From Octopus sinensis (taxonomy: Eukaryota): a stretch of 64,000 nt of DNA. The position numbers and the translations under genes are program-made. The number at the start of each line of letters is the position of its first letter. Within the stretch, counting starts at the first letter, position 1. Under the pieces are notes generated by a model. The model saw only the letters and a list, made by a program, of their open reading frames with translations. It was not told where the DNA came from and did no database searches. The stretch covers positions 1-64,000 of the forward strand of contig NW_021831834.1 of assembly GCF_006345805.1 (NCBI RefSeq), read 5' to 3'. Below, piece after piece: positions 24,238-37,422 of the stretch.

Positions 24238-25076
24238 TATATCTGATTCCTGGATCACAAGAGTCGTTGTTATTGTTGTGGCAGTAGGGGTAACAAACAT
24301 TCATCTGCAATGTTGAAATAGCAGTCACCGTATTTCATTCCATAACGGCTACCCCTGAAGAGTGCAGGGTTACATAATTGGACTGTTACCTAACACTGTT
24401 GAACTCCTTGTGTGAAACTGATTGGACATAATACTGTACATTTCGATTTATATATATGTATATAAAATTTTCAGGATCCAACGGAATCAAGGTATTTAAA
24501 TAACAAAGGCACAGAGGTAGAGTTGGGGATAGCATACTTGTGCACTGAAAGTGTGTATGAACACTCATGTACTTACTAAATAAAATGCAGATTTGTCCTT
24601 CCCGTTACATATACATTCACAAGTATAGACTAAATATACAATGTTACTTAAGGTTACACAGGAGTATAATCCAGCATGCAGTCTACAGTACACTGTAGAC
24701 TCAAAATCCAATACAGGAAGGTTCTGAGGATGGTGAAGCATAAATAATAACATGCTGGCATGGGTTGGACAGTTTGATTGAAAACTGGTGAGCTGGGGAG
24801 CTACACTAAGTTCCAATTTGGTTTGGCATGGTTTCTACAGCTGGATACCCTTCCTAATGTCAACCACTCCAAGAGTGCAATGGATACTTTTTACGTGCCT
24901 CCAGCTCGGGTGCCATTGATATGACACCAGCATTAATGCTTTTTTATGTGCCACCAGCACAGATGCCAGTCAACTGGCACTGGCATTGGCCATGGTTATG
25001 ATTTCACTTGGCTTCACAGGTCTTCTCAAGCACAGCATATTGTCCAACATATGAGGGGTGATTTTTACATGCCATT

Positions 25077-25720
25077 GAAGCACGACCTTCGAACTTTAGG
25101 CCTCACTGAGGAAATGACCAGCAACCGAGACCTTTGGAAATATGCTGTGCGTGAGAAGACCAGGCAGGACAAGTGAGTCCAGCCCACTTATGCATGCCTT
25201 TCCTCCCTTGGACACACAAAGACCTGTTGAGGCAAGCGAAGTTGATATCGAACCTCATCCGACGACAGGCACCCATGCCAACCCCACTTTACTTGCGAAG
25301 ACCTGTTGGGGCAAGTGAAATCGAAATCGAAATCAGAATCGAAATTGAACCAATCCTATGACTGGCACCCAGCAGATGCCAGGACACCTGGACTGGTGGT
25401 ATGTAAAAAGCACTATCCGAATCGTGGCCGATGCCAGTGCCACCTCGACTGGCTTCCGTGCCGGTGGCACGTAAAATGCACCAATCCGACCGTGGCCGTT
25501 GCCAGCCTCGCCTGGCACCTGTGCAGGTGGCACGTAAAAAGCACTCACTACACTCACGGAGTGGTTGGCTTTAGGAAGGGCATCCAGCTGTAGAAACATT
25601 GCCAGATAAGACTGGAGCCTGGTGCAGCCTTCTGGGTTCCCAGATCCCCGGTCGAACCATCCAACCCATGCTAGCATGGAGAACGGACGTTAAACGATGA
25701 TGATGATAATGATGATGATG
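25077..25720 (+). mobile_element. RTE LINE 3' end (ORF C-terminus plus 3' UTR)
   Basis: KHDLRTLGLTEEMTSNRDLWKYAVREKT stop, then the UTR and a (GAT)n tail. Confidence 0.85.
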
Positions 25721-25724
25721 ATGA

Positions 25725-26440
25725 TTTATATGATACTGGCATCAGCCATGGCTACAATCTCACTTGGCCTGACATGTCTTCTCAAGCACAGCATATCACC
25801 AAAAGTCTTGCTCATTTGTCATTGCCTCCATGAGGCCCAACATTCGAAGATCATGCTTCACCACCATGTCTTATGTCTTCCTGGGTTTACTTCTTTCACA
25901 GGTTCTCTCCACTGTTACAGTGTGACACTTCTTCATACAGCTGTCCTCGTCCATACACATCACATGACCATCCCAGTGCAGTCATCTCTTTTGCACTCCA
26001 CATCTGATGTCTCTTATGCCTGGCTTTTCTCTCAAGGCACTTGCACCCTGTTGTACATGCACACTGACATACATATCCAGTGAAGCACACTAGCTTCATT
26101 TCTTACAAACCTACGCATGTCCTCAGCAGTCACAGCCCATGTTTCACTGCCATGTAGCATGGCTGTTTGCACATAGGCATCATACAGTTTGCATTTCACT
26201 CTGAGAGAGAGGCCCTTTGTTACCAGCAGAGGTAGTATCTCTCTGAACTTTGCCCAGCCTATTCTTATGCTAGCAGCTATGCTCTTGGTGCATCCCCCCA
26301 CTCTGCTCGCTACTGACTTGGTCCTTCTGTCATACTTTAGCCTTTCAAAACATTTAGCATACAGCTACCCACTTCCACCTTCCCTTCTCAAATACACCCT
26401 CTTAGTTGAGGAGGCCTTTTCTCTTTTTTTGTCTGTTCTT
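25725..26440 (-). mobile_element. RTE LINE RT C-terminal fragment, tail-to-tail with the previous copy
   Basis: RIRIGWAKFREILPLL..LYDAYVQTAMLHGSETWA; degenerate. Confidence 0.85.
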
Positions 26441-26628
26441 TTATGTCTTGCAAGTTTCAAAGCAACCTTACTAGAGCCAGTGGCACATAAAAAGCACCAA
26501 GATCTAAAGAAGATACTGGATCCTGATGCAGTTTTGCACTTCACACTGGTTCCCTGTCAAGCTGTCCAGCCCATGCTAGCATGGAAAGTGGACTTAAATG
26601 ATGATAATAATAATGATTTATATGTATG

Positions 26629-26662
<34 letters not shown>

Positions 26663-27134
26663 TATAGCTGGCACTCCATTGGTTATGATGATGAGTGTTC
26701 CAGTTGATCTAATTAACATATAATAAGAGCCATACCCACCTAACACACCTCCATCAGCTGCCCTATGGATATTACTATGGTTTCAACACCAGGGCAGTAC
26801 CATTCAATCCGGCAGTGTAAACAACACTAACATAAGTGTTGTTTAGGAACAAACATACCTCTGATATCATCACATTTATTCAATCTTAATTCTAGGAAGG
26901 ATTAAGCACTAGCATTATTAATTAAAGTACAACAAAGAAACCACATTTTCCATATGTACAAAAACAGTATCAGTAAAATAATAATTCTATAAGTAAACCT
27001 ATAACTGATTCTTAAATTATCTAACTAAATAGAAACCTAGCCCTTGAAGTCCATACAGATAATATTCCCACCAGTCTTTTATAGTTATTAATGTTTATAT
27101 ATTTTGTATGTATGTATATATATATATATATATA

Positions 27135-27917
27135 ACATTATATATAAGGGCTTAGTAAAATAAATTACTTTGCCACATACTGAACTCATTAGAAATAGCA
27201 GCTAAAGAAATTTCTTTAGCTATTTCTAATACTTAAAGAAGATCTCTCTCAGATAGTGTTTGCTCAAACCAACTCACAAAGGTATGGGGGAAAAAACATT
27301 AAAAAATCAAGTGCAAAGGTTATTTGAGAACGTACGTTTCTAGATTACCCTCAATTGTTGAAATTATAATTCATTTCTCTCTGTTTAATGCTTCGGTTTT
27401 CACCGATAAAACATAGTGTTTGTCAATTTTAACCCACGCTGGTGGAAAGGGGAGAGCAGAAATTCTTCGCTTGCATATTTTGAATTTGATAACACTTTTA
27501 GTTCGAGCGGAATTCTAGAGGTGATAAGAAACCAAAAGGGTATGCTCCCACTTTCAGTGTTCCCAAATCCGAATCAAGGAGTTCTGAGCTGACGAAAGAA
27601 ATGTCGATTTGACTAATCTAGAAACGTACGTTCTCAAATAACCTTTGCACTTGATTTTTTAATGTTTTTTCCCCCATACCTTTGTGAGTTGGTTTGAGCA
27701 AACACTATCTGAGAGAGATCTTCTTTAAGTATTAGAAATAGCTAAAGAAATTTCTTTAGCTGCTATTTCTAATGAGTTCAGTATGTGGCAAAGTAATTTA
27801 TTTTACTAAGCCCTTATATATAATGTAATATTTTGAATTCGCCTAAAATGGTCCCTTTACATACTGAATACTTGGTGAAATTGATTAATAATTAATTAAT
27901 TTTACCCTCAATTGTTG

Positions 27918-27921
<4 letters not shown>
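27135..27921 (+). mobile_element. Fold-back Penelope-like/retrozyme-like element in (TA)n
   Basis: 213-bp inverted arms 27135-27347 and 27614-27826 (no mismatch found by eye); 20-bp direct repeat 27345-27364/27902-27921; hammerhead at 27585-27636; (TA)n on both sides. Confidence 0.8.
27585..27636 (+). ncRNA. Minimal type-I hammerhead ribozyme (predicted cleavage after GUU at 27632)
   Basis: Stem I TGAG/CTCA; core CTGACGA (27589-27595); stem II AGA..GTC(GATTT)GAC..TCT; GAAA (27621-27624); palindromic stem III ACGTACGT. Confidence 0.75.
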
Positions 27922-27956
<35 letters not shown>

Positions 27957-28109
27957 AGGAAGGGCATCCAGCCGTAGAAACACTGCCAGATCAGACTGGG
28001 CCTGATGCAGCCTTCTGGCTTCACAGACCCCAGTTGAACCGTCCAACCCATGCTAGCATGGAAAGCGGATGCTAAATGATGATGATGATGATGATGATGA
28101 TATATATAT

Positions 28110-28702
28110 ATAAATGGATGAATGAATTATCCTTTGTTTACCATTAACATGGAAAATTCAATAAACAGTTACCAAGGTAGCAAAATTCACGCAAGTAACA
28201 AGGATGTAGCGACCTATTCAAAGGTAGGAACTCCGGGTTAATGTGCAGTAATTTGTGTAGTATAAGTAAATAAATGGAGTTGAATGCAGATGCTACTCAA
28301 ATTCTTTTACTTTCAACATATGTCTCGAAGACCACATTGTTTTTATTCCAAAGGAATAAACGGTGTAAAATCCAATCTTCTCATCAGGAAAAAAGAGAGC
28401 CTATCTCAACAACAAGACATTATAACAATTTCGATGACTGCATAAAGGATAAACAGAATGTTATTAAGTATTTAAAAAAAAGCATTAGTAGATTCGACGT
28501 CAAAGGCAGATACTAGAAAGATAAGGGGTAAAGAAATAATAAGTAGAGAACAAATAAAGAGGGATACATTGGTTGAAAGAATGTTCAAAGGCTTGGAAGT
28601 AGATTTCTCTATTGAAGTAAAGTGTAAGTTAAACTAACTGTTCAAACATATGTCGAAAGTAAAAGAATTTGAATAGCATCTGCCTTCAACTCCATTTATT
28701 TA

Positions 28703-28708
<6 letters not shown>
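28110..28708 (-). mobile_element. Fold-back Penelope-like element in (TA)n with a hammerhead
   Basis: 63-bp inverted arms 28261-28323 / 28646-28708 (3 mismatches); (TA)n on both flanks. Confidence 0.7.
28310..28392 (-). ncRNA. Type-I hammerhead fold with A14G (GAGA instead of GAAA)
   Basis: Minus strand TTTTC-CTGATGA-GAAGA..TCTTC-GAGA-CATATG-TT-GAAAG; nested TTTATTCC/GGAATAAA hairpin in loop II. Confidence 0.65.
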
Positions 28709-28747
<39 letters not shown>

Positions 28748-28937
28748 AACTATATATATAGTCAAGTGAAATCATAGTCGTGGCAGATGCTAGTGCTGCC
28801 TGACTGGCACCTGTGTCGGTAGTATGTTTAAAAGCACCATTTGATGTGGCGGATACCAATGCCAATGACACGTAAAAAGCATCACTCAAGCGTGGTCTAT
28901 GTCAGTGCTACCTGACTGGTTTCTGTGCTGGTGGCAC

Positions 28938-29434
28938 ATAAAGAGCACAATTCAAGTATGATCAATGCCAGTGCTGCCTGACTGGCACCTGTGTCAGTGG
29001 CACGTTTAAAAGCACCATTTGAACGTGGCTGATGCCAGTGCTGGAGACACGTAAAAAGCATCAGTCGAGCATGGTCTATGCCAGTGCCACCAGACTAGTT
29101 TCTGTGCTGGTAGAAAGAGCACAATTCAAGAGCTCTTTTTTGCTCTTCAAGAGCACAAGTCAAGAGTACAATTCAAATAAAGAGCACAATTCAAGTATGA
29201 TCAATGCCAGTGCTGCCTGACTGGCACCTGTGTCAGTGGCACGTTTAAAAGCACCATTTGAACGTGGCTGATGCCAGTGCTGGAGACACGTAAAAAGCAT
29301 CAGTCGAGCATGGTCTATGCCAGTGCCACCAGACTAGTTTCTGTGCTGGTAGAAAGAGCACAATTCAAGAGCTCTTTTTTGCTCTTCAAGAGCACAAGTC
29401 AAGAGTACAATTCAAATAAAGAGCACAATTCAAG
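28938..29434. repeat. Tandem duplication of a 239-bp unit inside an RTE 3' UTR
   Basis: AAAGAGCACAATTCAAG recurs at 28940, 29179 and 29418; identical ORF starts at 29032 and 29271. Confidence 0.9.
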
Positions 29435-30084
29435 CACACATGCATACATACATGTAATATACCAGGTTGAGTCAAAAATTCAGATATTCATTTATGATTT
29501 GTATCGACTTGCATGTCCATGTTGTATCATTAATATAATACAACTTGTTGTTCAACTATTACCCTTTACTTGTTTCAGTCATTTGACTGTGGCCATACTG
29601 GAGCACTGCCTTTAGTCGAACAAATTGACCTTGGGACTTATTCTTTGGAAGCCTAGTACTTATTTTATCGGTCTCTTTTAACGGGGACATAAACACACCA
29701 GCATCGGTTGTCAAGCAATGCTAGGGGGACAAACACAGACACACATATATATATACATATATACGACAGGCTTCTTTCAGTTTCCATCTACCAAATCCAC
29801 TCATAAGGCTTTGGTTGGCCTGAGGCTATAGTAGAAGACACTTGCCCAAGATGTCACGCAGTGGGACTGAACCTGGAACCATGTGGTTGGTAAGCAAGCT
29901 ACTTACCACACAGCCACTCCTGAACTATTTATTCTTTATGTTCATATATAAGACATAAACATGAATTGTCTATTCTGTATTTTACAGCTTTGATAATGAT
30001 TGGTGAAAACTTGCAATTTGAACCATTTTATGCTACCTATGGAAAAAAAAAAAAAGACTGAATGTAAGGGCAGGGGGAAAAAGA

Positions 30085-30440
30085 AATTAATGATGTGAAA
30101 AGCCCAGGAGCTACCAATGAATGTGTGGTACAAAACTGGCTCAGACATTTCAAGGAAGGTGATACCAGCCTCAAAGACAAACCAAGGTCAGGGAGATATT
30201 CTGTTGTAGAAAATGAAACCTTGCTTAAAATGGCTTCATTTCAAACACAAGCACAAGCACTCATACACTGTTGGTAGAACTTGGTCCTTCACAAAGCATC
30301 TCGATAAGCTTGGCCTTGTAGACTGATGCTATTGAGAAGCTCTACATGAACTGATCAATGATCAGGCTCTAAAAGAATGAGATGAAAAATGGATCTATTT
30401 TTGTAACCCTAATAAAAGAATCCAGTGGTTTCATTCTGAC
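30085..30440 (+). mobile_element. Mariner transposase N-terminal fragment
   Basis: VVQNWLRHFKEGDTSLKDKPRSGR (HTH) and DEKWIYF near 30381. Confidence 0.75.
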
Positions 30441-30851
30441 CAGGCTTTGTTATAATTATCACCATTACTATTACTGTCCATTTAAAATAGGCTTGAATAA
30501 AATTTTTTTCTCTGACTTTTCTCTAACTTCACTTGAGTTGTGTAGTTTGTAGAATGGGAATATCATAAACTTTTTCTAACCACATGTTGCCAGATGGTTG
30601 CCTGAAGGGATCTGATGGACATCAGGGTCCCTAATTTGCTATCAGTGTTTAAATTTAACCATTTCCCTACAGTTGTCAGTCCTGGAACATAACTGTCGCG
30701 GCATAAACCTGGTGATTGCGTAACCCATGAAAGTATTAGTTAATTTCACTGTTGTAAAATTGTAAAAATTGCAAATAATAAAATGTGAAAGTTAGACTTA
30801 GTTGGAATTTCATTGATTAATCTATTCTTCTATACACAATCATAAAAACTC

Positions 30852-30898
<47 letters not shown>

Positions 30899-31589
30899 TA
30901 TATTACACATACATATAAATATATGGTGGTTGTCTACTCCTTATGCAGAGTCTGACTACCTCTTGTACCGACACCCTAGATCCATCATGGCATCTGATGT
31001 GGCTTTTTAAACTAGACAATGTATTGAAAAGACACCCTCATAGATTGCATATTTGATTTGGACCATCAAGAGCTGTGGTTAAGTTCTGATCTTTGTGGAT
31101 CTTAAAATGTCTTTTGAGGCCTCCACTAAAATTACAGACCTTATGGCATATACAGCATTGAAATGTGTGTCACAGATATGTAGGCAGAATAATTAGTGGA
31201 GGTTTGTTTTACATTGGTCCTCAAATGAAATTTGAATCCAGTGATGAAACTAGCAACCCCACCAAGCTTGCTTGGTGAGGAGGGTGTTTATTGGGACAAA
31301 AGTAAGACTCATCAATGGGTGGATGAACTCATGAGTAGTCAACAGCCATCCAACAAATGTGTGTAAATATGCATTCTAAAAAATTTTTTAATTAAAAATT
31401 TTATATTTTATTTTTAAAATTTTAATTATTTTCTTATGAATGTATGTATGAGCTGCTCTGTTGAACACAAGAATGATATTTAATCACTCTATGTTCGGGT
31501 GTTGGTTTGATGTCTGGCATAGGATAGTTACCTCACAGGCAGGTAGAAGCTCTTTAACCTTTGGCATATATATATGTGTGTATATATAT

Positions 31590-32760
31590 ATTGGACCATT
31601 CGATAAATTGTGTAGTTTTGTATATTTCTTTTATTTTTCAAACTTAAAATAAACAACGTTCTTTTTTTTAATCTAAAATAAACTCTTCTTCATTTTTTAC
31701 GATGCTCTTCCATCTATCTGGTAGACTTGCAAAGCCCCGCTTCCAAAATTCACTTGTCTGTGATGAAAAATACTCCTCCAGTACTGTTCTGACCTCATCT
31801 ACAGAATTCATATTTTTCCTCCCGAAATGATTTTGAAGATTGTGGAATAAATGATAATCAGATAGGGCAATGTCTGGCGAATATGGTAGGTGGGGCATCA
31901 TTTCCCATTCAAACTGCTCCAGACTTTGGAATGTCAGCCAAGCATTATCCTGATGGAAGAACACCTTTCATCTTCAAACCAAAGATGGTTATTTTCCTTC
32001 TAGCGCTGACTTAAGCTGCTCAAGCTGTTTGCAGTAGATCTCCTTTGTTATCGTTTGGTTTGGGTTTATAAGTTGAAAGTGGACTAAACTTTTTATATCC
32101 TACCAAATAGATAACAACATCTTATGTGGGCGAAGACCTTCTTTAGCCTGGAGTTTACCTTTCTCTACTCACTGTTTTAGTGCTTGACATTTTTATAGAG
32201 ATCCCATTTCTTGTCACCAGTCACTATTTGGTCCAAAAAAGGTTCATTCCTGAGATGTGACTGCAAAGAGGAGCACACATTCACCCTCTGCATGCAATTA
32301 AACTTAGAAAGTTTGTGAGGAACCCATTGACTCAATTTGCTCACATTTCTGATGGCACACAGGTGTCAATGAATGGTTGAATGATGAAATACAAGCTTCT
32401 CTGCTAGTTCCTCAACAGTTACAATGAGATTTTGTTCTACCAGGGTTTGCAGGATGTCCTCATTGAGTTCTACAGATCTTCTAGGATGAGGCTTGTCTTC
32501 TAGGCAGTAGTTTCCAGCTCAGAATTTCTGGAACCACCATTGACACTGGCTTACAAATATTGTCTGATACCCATATACTACATTAATATTCCTCACAATT
32601 TCGGTTGTGTTGTTGCTTTTATTGAACTTCTAAAGCAAAATGTGCTGAATATGCTCCTTAGTAACTTCCATTATGGCTTTGAAAAAATAACTATTAAAAT
32701 CGACCGGCATTCTTCAAAACTTGCACTAAGAATAAGGACACGGTAAAATTACTACCTGCT
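31590..32760 (-). mobile_element. Decayed mariner (DD34D) transposon
   Basis: FHQDNA..PHLPYSPDIALSDYHLF (31668-31964), FLDQIVTGDKKW (~32210-32250) and HTH remnants (~32450-32640); many stops. Confidence 0.85.
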
Positions 32761-33338
32761 TTTATAGCAAGTTGATGCAGGTAGTTTATCCAATCCCCCT
32801 CTGACTTTTGGTGATATGCTGTGCTTGAGAAGACATGTCAGGCCAAGAAATATTGAATAAATAAAATATTAATTTGACAAATATACACCTCACTCAGTTA
32901 AATCCACATATATAAATCTGTCTGGTTATTCAAGTTATACAATAGTATATAGAGCATGACTAATCGGTGTAGATGTCTGTATAGGAGAGAATAATGATTT
33001 CTAGCCTTAATGATAATAATATCAATGATTCAATGGTTGCTTTGTATAATTGCAGAGGAGTGGTTAACAATAGAAATATGAGATTACATAAATACTTGAG
33101 CCTGAGTCAACTACCCTGGTATCTTGTGTAACTGAGTGAGGTGTATATTTGTCAAGTGAATATTTTATTTATTCAATATTTCTTTTTCTAAAGAGCAACA
33201 ATTCACATAGCACAATATATTTATGTGTGTGTATCTATCTATCTATCTATCTATTATGCATGTATATATTTGTATGTATGTGTATGTGTGTGTAATATAT
33301 ATATATGTAATAGTATGTATGTATGTGTGTGTGTGTGC

Positions 33339-33373
<35 letters not shown>

Positions 33374-33994
33374 TGTATGTATGTATATATATGTATGTGT
33401 GTTTGTGTATAATATATATATATATAAAGTTAATCCAAACAAGTTATATATGTATATATATATATGATAGCTTGCACCCATGCCAACCTCCCTTCATTGG
33501 ACACTAAACTCTGCCTGCGAAGACCTGTTGGGGCAAGTGAAATCGAAATTGAACCAAATTCGACGACTGGCACCTGTGCCAATGCAGCTGCCTGGCTTCT
33601 GTGCCAGTGGGCACATAAAAACCACCTTTTGAGCATGATTGTTACCAGTGTCGCCTTACTGGCACTTGTGCCAGTGGCAAGTGAGCAAAACATTCGAGCG
33701 AGGTCGTTGCCAGTGCCGCTGGACTGGCTCCTGTGCAGGTGGCAAGTAAAGAAACATCATTTCGATCGTGGCCGCTGCCAGCCTTGCCTGGCACGTAAAA
33801 AGCACCCACTACACTCACGGAGTGGTTGGTGTTAGGAAGGGCATCCAGCTGTAGAAACACTGCCAGATCAGACTGGAGCTTGGTGCAGCCTCCTGGCTTC
33901 CCAGAACCCGGTCAAAACGTGCAACCCATGCTAGCATGGAAAACGGACATTAAATAATGATGATGAATATATATACACACACTCACACACACAC

Positions 33995-34040
<46 letters not shown>

Positions 34041-37000
34041 CTATCTATCTATCTATTTCTCTATCTCTCTCTCTATATATATACATATAAAACATGGTGT
34101 GATTAAGAATATCCTGAAACACGTATAATGTAGGTAACTCTACAGCTATTTATTTGTAAAACTCAATTTTGGAGACTGAACATTCTATTGTTCTCTAAAT
34201 TAGACAGAAAAATAATTGAGAATCTGTTTACTCATCTGTTTTAGGATAATTGTCCTTCATCAGAGATGGTGTGTTACGAATATTTAGCTATTCAGAGAAT
34301 GCTGGATAATTAGATATGTAGGTGTTGACTGGTTAAATGGATATAGTGTATAGATATTAACTGCTTAGATGATTATTGGATGGATACACACAATGTAGAG
34401 ATATTCTTTCCTACTCTAGGCTAAAGGCCCAAAATTTTTGGGAAGGGGACTAGTTGATTAGATTGACGTCAATACACAACTGGTACTTAATTTATTGACC
34501 TTGAAAGAATAAAAAGCAAAGTTGACCTTGGTCGAATTTGAACTCAAACTGTAAAAACAGATGAAATACTGCTAAGTATTTGGCCCAGTGTGCTAATGTT
34601 TCTGCCAGCTTGCTGCCATACAAGGTAAAGATATTAGCTAGATATAATGACATTGTGTCTACTGTTTAGATAGACAGATAGATAGACACAGTGTAGAAAT
34701 ATTGATTGAAAAGACAAAGTGTGTAGGTGTGATAAATAGATACTGTTTGGTTTGAACCTCTTTGTTTAAATTACTTTCAATGTGAAAGTTATATTCCTAT
34801 ATAACCAGGATCCTGTATAACTTTTGATACTGTTGAACTAATGTGAAGGCTTTTATGTAGTTACTTGATTTTGTAGGAAAAGCATCCAAATCTACCTAAT
34901 ATTTCCTGACAGCAACTAAAATAAAGGACAATAAGTTGGATAATGTAATCCCTGACATACATATAGGCATAGGGGTGGCTGTGTGGTAAGTAGCTTGCTT
35001 ACCAACCACATGGTTCTGGGTTCAGTCCCACTGCGTGGCACATAGGGCAAGTGTCTTCTACCATAGCCTCGGGTCGACCAAAGCCTTGTGAGTGGATTTG
35101 GTAGATGGAAACTGAAAGAAGCCTGTCGTATATATGTATATGTATATGTGTGTGTGTGTGCGTGTGTGTGTATGTTTGTGTGTCTGTGTTTGTCACCCCA
35201 ACATCGCTTGACAACCGATGCTGGTGTGTTTACGTCCCTGTAACCTAGCGGTTCGGTAAAAGAGACCGATAGAATAAGTACTAGGTTTACAAAGAATAAG
35301 TCCTGGGGTCGATTTGCTCGACTAAAGGCAGTGCTCCAGCATGGCCACAGCCAAATGACTGAAACAAGTAAAAGAGTAAAGAGTATATACAAACGATGTA
35401 CTTTCAAATCTGGATATTATTGGATCATAGGTTTGTTCAGTGAGGGCTGATGTGGGGCTAAATTCCAACAACAACCATTCATATTGATCATAGATTATTT
35501 TCATTTCCATCATTATGATGTTTGAGGAGGTGGGGATTACACCCTGACAACCTTTATCTTCTTCCTTGATTCCCCTGTCACTAGGTTCTCTTAAATATAT
35601 TACCTTGAAAATACACTCTGGATTCTTATCAACATCTTGTTTTTCTCTCATACATCACTCTACCCACCCATATATAGCATAAAGTAGGCTGTACTCCTTC
35701 CTACTCAACCTTCTCCACTGTCTTTATTACACTAACTATTTCTTCAATCTCCTGACACTCCTTTTCCTTCTTTTTCTTATTCCATCTGTAGTGAGTGATG
35801 CCTGGTTCCAGATGCCATTTTGGGATTTTCATCCATGCATGCGCAGGGATTAGAGCCTTCCAGAAGAACCCTTATGCACATGCGCAGTTATCAGCAGCAG
35901 CTAGGCTTGACCACCATTCTCTCTCTCTTTGGCCCCAGCTTCTGACCAGACATGATGCAACTTGGACCAGATTTGTGGAGCTGGAATTCTGACGGCGAGC
36001 AATATTGCGAGTCTGTGAAAATGCCTTCATATTTTTGTGTCTAACTACCAGCCCTGCTGCTTCTCGCATACCAAGACGGCTGTTCAGGCTACCGATGTCC
36101 TGAGATGAAATGTTTATTCAGGCGAAATAAATTATTATTCTTATTTGTTTGGAGATTCTTGTTCCCACTATTTTCCTTTCCATGACTATGTAAGGAATTG
36201 TGAGGCACCCATCCAGTGCCAACCTCACTTCCTACACATCATTTCTTCATGTATCACTTTACTCACTCATGGGAGTAGCACAGCAACTCCTCCTATTCAA
36301 CCCTCACCACTGTGTTATCACTCTCTAACTCTCTCTCATTAACCTCACTGACACTACTTTTCCCTTTCCCTTCTGTTACTCCCTTTCCTAAAGCTGTCTC
36401 TGATATTTTCTCCCCTATCACTCTCTTCCAACAATAACCCCTGTAACTCTAAATAAGAACTGACTTAAACCCTGATGAACTGCTTGCTCCATGTGGGAAT
36501 GGCAAACAGACCCACTCCTATCACAGGGTTTACTCACTTAACCCATCTCAACACCCTTACCGCTCTCTTTCGCACTAATCCCTGACATTACACTTCCCTT
36601 CTACTCTCCTCTGCCTCTCATTACTTTATACCAATGCTGTTCCTACTGTCATTCTTTTCATTACCAACAAGTCACAACAATAAATCTGTTCCTTTCATTG
36701 TGAGAGCTCTCTTTTGTTTAGTAAGTTGTAAGGTGACTTTAACAGTGCTGGCGTCACAAAAAGCACCCAGTACACTTTGTAAGTAATTGGTAACTGATTC
36801 AAGCAGCAACCATGCTAAACTTGAGAGGTCTCTTTGGTCATGCTGAGAGCAAGGCAACCTCTATAGTGTTAGTGCCACAAAAAGAATATGCATCCAATAC
36901 ATTTTGTAAAATGGTTGATGCAAGGAAGGATATCAAACCATACAGACTATGCCAAAACTGAGAGACTAGAGCAAGATGTAGTCCTCCAACCCATTGAATC

Positions 37001-37082
37001 CAAACAAGATGTTCTACCTCAGTCAGCCAGCCAGCATGGAAAATGGACATTATATATATATATATATATATATATGTGATAA

Positions 37083-37388
37083 CAAAGGGTAAAATTAATT
37101 AATTAAGAAGTAATTAATAATTTCACCAAGTAGAATTCGGTATGAAAAAAGGACCATTTCACGGTAAGCTTAAGTAATACTAATAAAAAGGGTCCAGCAA
37201 AGATTTGCTTCACCACACACCGAAGTTTAGAAATAGCAGCCAAAAATCTTAGCTATTTCTTCTACTTTAAAAGGAGAAACCCTCCGGGAGACCACCTTTT
37301 AAAGTAGAAGAAATAGCTAAGATTTTTGGCTGCTATTTCTAAACTTCGGTGTGTGGTGAAGCAAATCTTTGCTGGACCCTTTTTATTA

Positions 37389-37392
<4 letters not shown>
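37083..37392 (-). mobile_element. Fold-back element of the same family as the 27.1-27.9 kb element
   Basis: 98-bp inverted arms 37177-37274 / 37295-37392; the reverse complement of 37086-37160 aligns with 27845-27908; shares the AGAAATAGCAGC hairpin; (TA)n on both sides. Confidence 0.75.

Positions 37393-37422
<30 letters not shown>

Noticed and set aside
30660-30770. Possible small minus-strand exon (pyrimidine-rich acceptor, short open frame KLTNTFMGYAITRF)
   Set aside because: No recognisable protein similarity and an ambiguous donor; needs RNA-seq.
36088-36140. CCGATGT-CCTGA..TCAGG-C-GAAA hammerhead-like arrangement
   Set aside because: Two core mismatches and no stem I pairing.
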